From Raillietiella orientalis (taxonomy: Eukaryota), in NCBI GenBank assembly GCA_036172245.1, contig JAYWIR010000172.1, positions 1 through 46,077 of the forward strand: a DNA stretch of 46,077 nt, given 5' to 3'. The notes beneath the pieces are model-generated. The model did no database searches, was not told the origin of the DNA, and worked only from the letters and a program-made list of their open reading frames with translations. Of the stretch, positions 34,626 to 44,377 are shown in pieces (positions within the stretch are counted from its first letter, which is position 1; every line of letters starts with the position of its first letter). The position numbers and the translations under genes were made by a program.

Positions 34626-37256
34626 CTCGAGCGAGAGCGGACGGGTTTTTGTTTCGCTCTTGAGCGTTTGTGGATTTCTTTTTTTTTCTTTTTATTCTTA
34701 GTGTGCCAGTGGATTCAATCGTGAATAAGCAGCAATGCCTGGGACCACCATTAATGTTAAGGAGGGGGCGACGTCTATGTCGCCTTCTGAATCAATGGAT
34801 GTGGGGGCAACCGCCCCCACAGAAGCGACTCCCGCTCTAGGGAGAAGCTGGAGTTCCGTGGCTGCGGCGCCAACGCAAGCGGCTGCGGCCGAGTTAAAAG
34901 CCTACCTAAAGGAGGGGTACAGTCCCCCTTAACTCTACAAGGTAGGCAACCTTTACTCTATTGAGAGTGCACGCGCTTTCTCGAAAGCGATGCACTCCTT
35001 TAAAGTACACCAGGAGGAGCTCTTGGCGATGACCATGAGGAGTAATGGACAGTACGTTGAGGTGATTTGCAAAGAAGCAAGTCTTGCCCAGCGTCTGCTT
35101 CGTACACCTGTTTCTTTGGGGAATCGCCGGCTCCTCTTCATCACGGAGGATATATCTATCGGAATCCATCTCCTCGGAATGACCTTCCGGATAGCCAAAG
35201 AGGCTGTCGGAGAATAATTAATTAAATTTAGAACCGTCCACGCGTTGTGGAAAAAGCCGACTTCATTTCGGGAGCACTATCTGCTAAATTGCGGCCAGGC
35301 TTCCGCGCGAATCACGTTCTGCGAGGGTTGCTCTTTACAGAAAAAGCTGGAGGTCAACGGCGTCCCCGTTGACATCTGGTAAGTTCGTAAGCCGCATTTC
35401 TGCGGGCATTCCAGCACTTCAGGTCACCTGAAAAAAAGGTGCCCCCACTTGCCGTGCAAGCAATGCAAGCAACCCGGGCACACTCTTCCGGTGTGCTTAA
35501 AAAATGAAGTCCGCGTCGCGTCCTCACGGAATGCGAAGAAGCGCGCGTCCGAAATATAAAGGGTTCAGGCATCGCAAGAGAGACCTGCTGCTAAAAAGAT
35601 AACTATCGTGCCCCAGGTGAAGGTCAGCTCCGAGATCCCGGAAAACTCGGAAAAGGTCGAGGAGAACGGCCAGGAACCTGGATGTAAGGTAGTAGAATCC
35701 AAGAGTCAGAGTAGCCTCAAGAAACCAAAAAAAAATGTAGCGAAACGCACCGAGAAATTGCCGCCTCGCGAAAACATCAAACGCTGCTATGTCGTCTTTA
35801 AGCGCATTCCTGCAGTCCAAAAGAGCGGCAAAATTGCACTCGTCGCTGCCGAGTCTCAGCCCTCCGGCAAATTAATAGCGGAGGCTATCGACCCGGCGGT
35901 GGCGTCCGTCGTCTAACGCATGCTCGAAGACGTCGCCATTGAGCGAGCGGCGGAGCAGCTAGCTGCGTCCTTGTACCGTCTCCCCAAATCCGCGAAGAAG
36001 GCTTTAAGGCGTTCGACCTCGATCAAGAAGTCTTAGATTCCGAGCTCTGTCGCAGAGGGGGAAAACACAGCCGGCGGCATCGCGACCTCCCGCCCGAAGG
36101 CCAGTCGCACGAAGAAGGCTACCTGCAAAATTATCCCGTTCGTGGAAAAGGCAGAGATAATCGAGGGAAGCGAGCGTGCAAAGAAAGTGGGGAACTCCGG
36201 GGACTCTCCTCGAGAGGTAACCCCACGCTGAGACCCCGGAGGGAGGGAAAGGGTAGAGTCTGTACCCCAGGAGATTCCAGTGCCTGAGATGGCCGCGGTT
36301 CTCTTACTCGTTTTTCTCACCTGTCCCTTGACAGGTGCTGCAACGCCACGTTCCCAGCTTTCATGCCGGGAATCGCCTCTTGCCGCCGTCTGCGAATTGT
36401 TTATTGGAACGTCAATGGGCTATGCAACGACGGCAAAAGACGAGACGTGGCCTTCACCCTGGCATCGTTCGACCTGGGGGTGCTGCAAGAGACACTCGTG
36501 ATCTCTGTGCACCAAGCAACGGAGATCGAGCGTATCTCGGGTGGACGGCTGATGTGGCGTTGCGGCATCTTTAAATCTTGCGGTGTTGCATTCCTGCTTC
36601 GGAATGCTGTGGAGGCTGCGGCAAAGGGCGTACGGTTCGATAGTGCCGGTCGCGTCGGGAAGTTGACCATCAGGTGGTCCGACTTCATCGATCTGGTCAT
36701 TACCAACGTGTACGCCCCAAGCGGCAGCGACGCGCTAAGGGCAAAGGCAAGGAGAGATTTCTTCCTTACTCTGAGGCGCAAATATCTGTACGAAGCAAGA
36801 GTGCACAAAGCGCACCTAATCGCAGGTGACTTTTACCTTCGCCTGCTGTCAGGTGCGTCCGACACACTTCGGCACCGCGTGAAGGAGCTGTGCGCAGAGA
36901 TGCACACGCGCAACTTATTCCCAGGAGATACGAAAATGGCCGACAGCATAGATCACGTGTTTTTTGACCAGCACCTATGTTGACGCGTGGGCAAACGCGG
37001 CAAGTTACCGTCGGAACTGTCGGACCATTACCGGATCTTATTCGAGGTGCGCCCACGCGATAGGGTTCGCCCGTCATCTGCGTGGCGCTTAGCGGGGGAC
37101 TGGCTTGAACTTCCGGAAGCCGCGGAGCATCTCTGCAGATTCATACGAGGTTTCAGCTTGCAGACGCTTCAGGACTGGGGCCGCTTCAAGCTCTTGGTCC
37201 GGGAGTTTTCCGACGAGTTCCCTATGAAACTCCTGCCTGCAGGGTTTGGTGTTGCC
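34622..37256 (+). mobile_element. LINE copy A2, 5' half (ORF1 34735-36363 with stops; endonuclease from ATG 36363)
   Basis: Colinear with A1 48-2695; WNVNGL, NVYAP, AGDFY, SIDHV, SDH; ends at LPAGFGVA. Confidence 0.92.
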
Positions 37257-37842
37257 ACCCGGGTAAGCCCGGGGCGTTTATTTAAAAAAGCTCTCTGTGA
37301 TTCGTGGTATAAGGCCCCACTGCTGCCTTAGACAACCGACCTGTCGGGACACCGGGACGCAGCCCGGAGTGGCACTACCCGACAGCGAAAGGGGATGGGG
37401 TCAAAACAAAAAGAAAAATAAAAGAGATAAACAAACAAAAAAAGTTTGGTGGGCAGGTAATGGATCACCGGAAGCTGTGAAAAGGGCCAATCTGTCGAAG
37501 GAAGCCCTCGAGGTCTGTCCGCATATTTCACAGATGGGGCCATCGAACAGCTCACCGCCAGCAGCGTACTGCGTGCTCGATGACTTCCTTCTCGTTCCAA
37601 CCTTCATCTTCGCTGTTGGCATCGCTCCAAGCCGACACGATGCGTCGAACGCAGCACATGACTGCGAGGGCTGTTGCTGGCTGCAGGGCGTCCCGCACGA
37701 AGAAGTGGCGGAAAAAGTCTCTGGGTGCAGTGCCCGTAGGGATTCCTAGGGTCGTCCCGAACCGTTCCCAAAGTGGCTGGAGGGCATCTCAATCCAATAT
37801 AAGGTATGGGAGCGACTTCCGCTCCCCGCACCTGGCACACTG
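37257..37842 (-). mobile_element. LINE 3' end fragment (CCHC finger, 3' UTR, terminus) inserted in A2
   Basis: CARCGERKSLPYLILD; terminus AATAAACGCCCCGGGCTTACCCGGGT. Confidence 0.88.
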
Positions 37843-40034
37843 ATGCCTCACACTTTCCCGCGTCCTCTGCGCCGACGGCGAGGAGTTGGAGTGCCGTCGT
37901 TGCTGCACCATCCCCGGCTGCAGTAGCGGAGCAGACTGCCTACAACGACAGCGGCTACAAACCGTCGCTGATCTACAAGTTAGGCAGTGTGTTCGATGAG
38001 AAAATTGCACGCTCCTTTGAAATGGAGCTGCAAAGACTGAATGTGAGGGAGGAAGACTTCGAGGGCCTCTCCGTCCTTAGTGGGGAGCAGCGAGTTGAGC
38101 TGACTCGCAGAGAAGCAAGTTTAGCGTAGCGCCTGCTAAACACCCCCATTACGGTGGACAGCCGCAGGATCTTCCCTGTGACGGAGGACCATTCCGTCGT
38201 GGGAAAGCTTAAATATTGTGGCCATTGCGATGCTACAGGGCACTTAAAAAAATGGTGCCCTAACATCCAAAGCTACTTATGTGGAAACAAGGGCCACATC
38301 CGCAAGGTGTGCCCGAGACGAGAAATCTTGGTTCCTCCCGCTGCGAAAAGGGCAAAGCGGAAACGGGCGGGAGAGACGCATACCATGAAGCAGGCCGTAA
38401 GGAGACAGATGCCAGTCCCTAAGCCATCCCAGCAAACGTCTGTTGAGAGCACTCCCGACGACGCTGGCGACGGCGAAGTCTGCAAGACGGTACAGCCCAG
38501 AAGAAAGCCCTGGAGTTCCGAACGAAGCGCGGGGAAAACAAAAACGCAGCGCGAAAAACCGTGCCGCGAGAGAGTTCGCGCTTGTTCGGTAAAATTAGAG
38601 CGTGTGGAGGCACTCGATGCCGCCATCGGGGGAGCAATCCCCCCACTCGCGTCCGCCGAAGCCGCGACGATCGATGGCGAACCCTCTGGAAAAACAGAGG
38701 GGAACAGAAGGGAAACAGAGGGGAACTGCGCGCCGCGCTCGACGCGATCGCAGGGGCCGCCTTCCAGCAGGCGGTGGAAGAACTCGAGGCAGAGCTGCAA
38801 GGCCGTGAGAAGAACTTCCGAAAAGGCTGACGAAGGCAGGCCGCGAGGAAGGTTCCGGATGCAGGTGAGGCCGAACCGGATGCCAGAATTGCGTCCTCAT
38901 CAACATAGGCGCCACCAAACAAGACAAGACGCAAGTCCCAGAATCCCAGAAGGCGCATAGGGATCAAGAAGGAGGAGCATAAACTGGCACTCGAGGGGGA
39001 AGCCGGCAGCGTAGGAGGCGAGAGTGGGAATCTCTCATTTCTCGACACCGTGCAGCTGGAGACCCCTGTGGAGGAGGAAGTACAGGTGGGTGAAACCCCG
39101 CTTCCTTTGCACGGCCCTGACGAAGACGCGGCCCCCATGGAGGAGAAAGAAGCGGTGCGCGACGCACCCCCTTCCCCTTGCGTCCCGCCCGACAAGGTGG
39201 CAGGAGCCCTATTGCCACTTTCTCAGGATTAACACCTGGACTCGCCTGTCGCCGTAGGATCCGCATAGCCTGCTGGAACGTCAACGGGCTTCGCGACGAC
39301 GGCAACAGGGGGGATACGGCCGACACCCTGCGCGACTCCGACCTGGCGCTTCTGCAGGAGATCCACGTGATCACCGCGGAGAACGCCCAGGAGATCGAGA
39401 GGATCGCAGAGGGTCGTCTGTTTTGGCAATGCGGCGCCCGTAACACCTTTGGCGTCGCCTTCTTTATGAAGCCAGCAGTGCCCGCCTTCGTCAAGAACGT
39501 GCACTTCGACAACGACAGTCGGGTTGGCCAGCTCATCCTTAGGTGGTCCGACTCGAGCGACCTTGTCGTGACCAATGTTTACGCTCCGAGGGGAGGATGA
39601 GGATACGGAGAACGTTCCCGGTTCTTGGAAACCCTGAAGCGCGACTGGCTGCCGGATACATACGTACGCAAAGTGCATCTGATCGGTGGGGATTTTAATA
39701 TCCGCCTGCTCTCAGGTGTGCTTTGCGGGCAAAAAGACGCAGCCAACGAGCTGTGCACTGCTATGCGCACGCACAACTTGTTGAGAGACATACCGGAAAT
39801 AATCCAAAGCGTAGACCACGTCTTCTTTGACGCCGACCTGTGCCCAAGGGTAGGCAAACCAGGGATACTTCCTTCGACGCTATCGAACCACTTCCGATTG
39901 ATATTCGAGGGTTTGCCTCGCGACAAAGGACCATCATCCAGGGCGTGGCGTCTGCCTGGGGACAGGACGCGCATCTCAGAAGCGGCGGAACATCTCCGCC
40001 AAGTACTGAGAGGCGTCATCCTCCAAAATCTCCA
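37843..40034 (+). mobile_element. LINE copy B2, 5' half lacking 5' UTR (ORF1 to TAA 39230-39232; endonuclease 39232-40034)
   Basis: RSWSAVVAAP...GYKPSLIYKLG, CGHCDATGHLKKWC, WNVNGL, LQEIH, NVYAP, GGDFN, SVDHV; ends at ILQNL. Confidence 0.9.
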
Positions 40035-42524
40035 TTGAAACCCGGGTGCGCCGGAACGTTTATTCTCACGAATAAACCTATACAATCTGTGACTGGACCA
40101 GTAGTCCAGCCACGCCCTGGAAAGATATAGCCTGCCGGGCTATCGGTGCGCAGACTGGCGCGGTCGACCTCGGCAGCAGAGGGGTGGGGGAACGAAACAA
40201 AAAAAAACAAAAAATGAACAAAAATCAGGGAGGGAGCGGGAAGGGATCACAGACTGCTGGGAGGGTCCGTCATCCTCTGGAGGATGCCGGCAAGCTGTTT
40301 CTGCGTTTGTGGTTCCAGATGGGGCCATCGCGTCGCCATCCTGAGAAAACGGGCGGCATACACGTTGGCATCCCTGTCGCTGGATCCTTCCGTCGCTTTG
40401 CTCCATGCCACGACGATCCCGCGTAGGCAGAACAGGGCTGCAAGCGAGGCCGCTGGAGGCAGGGCGTCACGCACGAAGAGGAAGCGCAAAGCGTCTCTGG
40501 GGTTGCCTTCGGGGATCCCCAGGGCTGCGGCAAAGCGTTCCCACAAGAAACGGAGGGCAACACAATCCACTAACAGGTGGGGGAGGTATTCCCTCTCCCC
40601 GCACCTGACACAATTAGGGTTGACACCCCCCCGGGTCCAGTGGTGTCGGCGGGCGTTGCAAGGAAGCCCCCAATGCAACACCAGCAGTGCCGACTGTTGC
40701 CACTTCATGAGGAGGGTGCGCGAGTCCATGAGCACCGGGGGCCACTCGAGATGTTCCTCTGGAACATCCAGTAGCTCTCCGCAGCGCAACAATCCATTTG
40801 GGGTGGTCCTCGGGGTCGCAGCGTTGGTGAGCTGACCCGTTCTCCAATCCCCGATCTTCTGTGCCCTGCTGGCGATCTTGACAGTCACCTCCCATTGTGC
40901 CGCGACGTCGCTGCCCAGATGTTCCCGGAGGGTAGGCAGTACCGCAGCAAGGGAGGTTCTTTGTGCCCACGCTCTCCTTCGGGTATTCTCGATGATTTCT
41001 CGGAGCGTGCGGTGGGCATGCGGCCCGAACAGAGCTATTCGCTCGTGTTGCGGGCTCTGCTCCTGAATCATCGCCCACGTGCGCACGGTTTCCTGCAACC
41101 AGGCAGGACCGTTCGCGGGGCGTACGAGGATCCGCTCCGAGTTGTTCTTCACGAGCTTGGCCGCCCTCCGAAGTTGGAGTCCGCAGTGGCAGATGGGGCT
41201 TCGGAGTGCAAAGTAGGACGAGAGTCCTGCATTGCCGGTGGCCTGCTCGACGAGGAGACGTGCACGGAGGCACCAAGGGGTGCACCAATTTTCTGCCATA
41301 AAGGCAACAACTCGGAACTGGAGCTGTAGCTCCAGCCGCTCCAACGTCAGGAGGCTCAGACCACCATCCCGACGAGGAGCAGCCGGGGTGGACATAGGCA
41401 GCAGCAGCAGAAGGTCTTCCGCGTACGCCGAAACCGCAGGCGTACCGGGACAATCGCACGGCAGGTGCGCCAGAGTCTCCCTGTACGCTCTCAGCACCGA
41501 TTCGAAATAGGCGCTGAAAAGCAAGGGGCTGAGGCTGTCTCCCTGCCGTATGCCGCGTCGCACCGGTACGCCGTACACGGTGGATCCACTAAAAAACACA
41601 TTAATAAGCGCGTCGCGCCAGCTGAAGCGCAGGTAGGCCAACAAAGAGGCCGGGAAGCCCAAGCGTTCCAGAAGTTCCAGCAGGAGATTCTGGTCGACGC
41701 AATCGAATGCTTTATGCACATCGACTGCGACCGCGAGGGCTCCTCTCCCCTCCCGACCATCCCGTCCTCCACCGACGGAAGCACCGGAATTCCGGTTGCT
41801 TATTATGCTCCTTCCTTGTTGGAGCTCTAACCATGTGGAAGCGTGGAACAGGTTCGCCTCCATACTTCGCCCGGGAACAGCAAATGTCTGTTCCGAGCTG
41901 ATGAAGATGTTGGCGACCCGTCCCAGGCGCTCTGCCCACAGCTTGGCTAGCAACTTGGCGTCCGCATTCACTATTGTGATGGAACGCCAGTGGTTCATGC
42001 TCCTAAGGTCTCCTCCCTTAGGGAGGAGCCGCACCTATGCTGAACGAAACGAGGTGGGAACGTCACCTGTTTCGCGGATCAGCAAGGTGAGTTGCTGTAC
42101 CAGGGGGGTAAGCTCAGCCGCGAAAGTTTGGTAAAACTCCGCGGGCAGGCCGTCCTCCCCTGGAGCCTTCCGCCTCTTGAGCTTTCCGATGGCCGAGATG
42201 ATCTCCCCTATCGTGAAAGGTTCGTCGAAGTTCCTTTTCTCCTCCTCCCCGATTGCTGGAGCACCTTCCGGAAGCAGGAGTCGTGAGACAGCCTGCTCCG
42301 GAGGCGCCCTGGCGTACAGGGAGTAGTAAAATTTCCTCACTATCCCGCGTATCTGAGCGGGAACCGAGTGCTCCCGGCCCTGGTCGTCCAGCAAGCTGGC
42401 CGACCCGGATTGCCAGGCTTTCCACTCGGCTCCCGCTCGATACCCTGCTAACCTGCGCATGTCGGGGGTTCTCGCGTAACGTCGGGCCTGAACATAGCAC
42501 CTTTCGTTACGCGGCCCCTCCCCA
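40035..42524 (-). mobile_element. LINE 3' half (linker, RT, CCHC finger, terminus) inserted in B2 and itself interrupted by B3
   Basis: KAPGEDGLPAEFY, VDVHKAFD, GIRQGDSLSPLLF, YAED, CVRCGEREYLPHLLVDC; terminus AATAAACGTTCCGGCGCACCCGGGT. Confidence 0.93.
40247..42524 (-). pseudogene. ORF2 RT and C-terminal portion, with one stop (~42035), YADD changed to YAED, and an in-frame deletion at ~41375
   Basis: ORF track 42035-42799 and 40247-42034 are the same frame separated by a TAG. Confidence 0.88.
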
Positions 42525-42629
42525 AATCCCTCTCCTCGAGAGCGGACTTGTTTTTCCGGCGCTCTGCGAACGAGCAGCGGAAAGCGGTTTTTTGGTTCAG
42601 TGTGTGCTTTTTCACATCGTTGGTGTCCG

Positions 42630-44377
42630 ATGGCATCGCTCCCAGAGGACACCACGATGGAGGTAGGCGTGAGGCAGGCTAGCCCCCCCCACGACCTACA
42701 GAATCTGGGGCACCCGCCCCGGATTCGCCCTCGTCGCCCAAGACGAGCAGCTGGAGCGCCATGGTCGCCGCGCCGAGCGCGGAAACCTTGGCTGAGCAAG
42801 CGGCCTACAGGGCCTCCGGATATAAACCATCGCTGGTTTATAAAGTAGGAAACCTGTTCGACGGTCGCACCGCGCGTACCTTTAGCAAGGCACTACATGA
42901 ATTCCCCGTGCGTGAGGAGGATCTTGACGGCCTCGCAGTACTCAGCGGGGGGCAACGCGTGGAGGTCGTCTGCAAAGACGTAGCCCTAGCGCAGCGCCTC
43001 ATCAACACCCCGCTGGATGTGGCTGGCCGAAAGATCCTACCCGTTAGCATGTACCGCTCCGTAGTGGTCCATCTAACGGGGATCACGAACCGCATGACCC
43101 GCTCTGCGGTGAACGCGGAATTGAAAAAACACGGAGATGTGCACGCGCTGTGGCCAAAGCCAACCATTTTTGACGGCTATAACAGCCTCTTTAATGGCCA
43201 GGCAGCAGCGCGCGTCACTGTGAACGAGGGTGCTGGGTTACCCCACAAACTGGAGGTCGGGAAGGAGCCCGTAGACCTCTGGTATGTGGGGAAACCCCGC
43301 TATTGTGGCTACTGCGATGCAGTAGGGCATGTGCGCAGGCGGTGCCCGAATATCGAGTGCCACTTGTGCGGGCAAAAGGAACACGTCCGTCGTGTGTGCC
43401 CTAAACGCCCCACCCCGGTGCCACCTGCTGCCAAAAAGGCACAGGCGAAAAAGGTGGATAAGGTCGAAAGACCTCATCGCGAAAATGGCCGGCCCCAGCA
43501 GCCTTCTGCTCCTCCTCCAACCCAGGCAGCGGCGGAAAAAACCGCGAAAGACGCGGGCGAGGAAGAAGGTTGGACGCTGGTAAAGGCCAGAAAAGAACCC
43601 AAAAAAGGTTCACAAGAGAAGGCGGAGAAAAAGCCGGTCGCGAAGGCGAAAAAACCTGGTCCGCGATCTAAAACTCTCCGCGAGTGCTCGGTAGCACTGG
43701 AGCGCATCAGCGTTCCCGAGGCTGCCACCCGAAGCGACGAGGCTCCCCTCGCCGTTTCCGCCGCGCCCGAGGTTCGCGACGGCGAACCCTGTTTGCACAG
43801 AGGGTGAGACGCGCGACGCGCTCGCCGCCGGCGAGGACGCCGCCTTCGCGAACGCGGCGGAGGAGCTCGCGGCCACGCTGGCTGAGCGTGAGAACCCCTC
43901 ACGCAAGGCCGTGCGAAGGCCGGCTCCGCCGAAGAAGGCCCCGCAGGTGAGTGCGCCCTGGGGTCCGGAAGTGCATCCTCCTCCTCGGAGGCACCCCCCC
44001 GGAAGACGGGACGCAAGTCCCAAAAGCCGAGGAAGCGCCTCCCCTCCACGAGCGAGGAGGAGAAGCAGGAAGTCGCCGGCAGCGTGGGAATCCCGGAGGG
44101 GGAGCTCCCACGCGCGGAAGCCGTCGAGCAGGACACCCCCATGGCGGAGGGTGAGCAGCGGGGCGAAATCCTTCCTGCCGTCGCGGACCACGAGGAGCCC
44201 ACCCCAATGGAGGAGGGCCAGCAGGTAGGCGCGACCCCACCTGAGGGTGAACCGCCCGACGCGCCGTCACCGATGGAAGAGGGTGGCTAGGTGCTAGAGG
44301 CACCTGTCCCTCCTCCTCCACCTAGCGTTCCGCCCCAACAGGTGGCGGACGCCGCACAGCCGATTTCCCAGGAATAA
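42630..44377 (+). pseudogene. ORF1 of B3 (frameshifts, one internal stop at ~44288)
   Basis: MASLPEDTTMEVG start; CGYCDAVGHVRRRC and CHLCGQKEHVRRVC; stop TAA 44375-44377. Confidence 0.88.

Noticed and set aside
37257..37282. Helitron 3' end suggested by the terminal hairpin
   Set aside because: No CTRR terminus or Rep/helicase; the hairpin follows an APE-RT ORF2.
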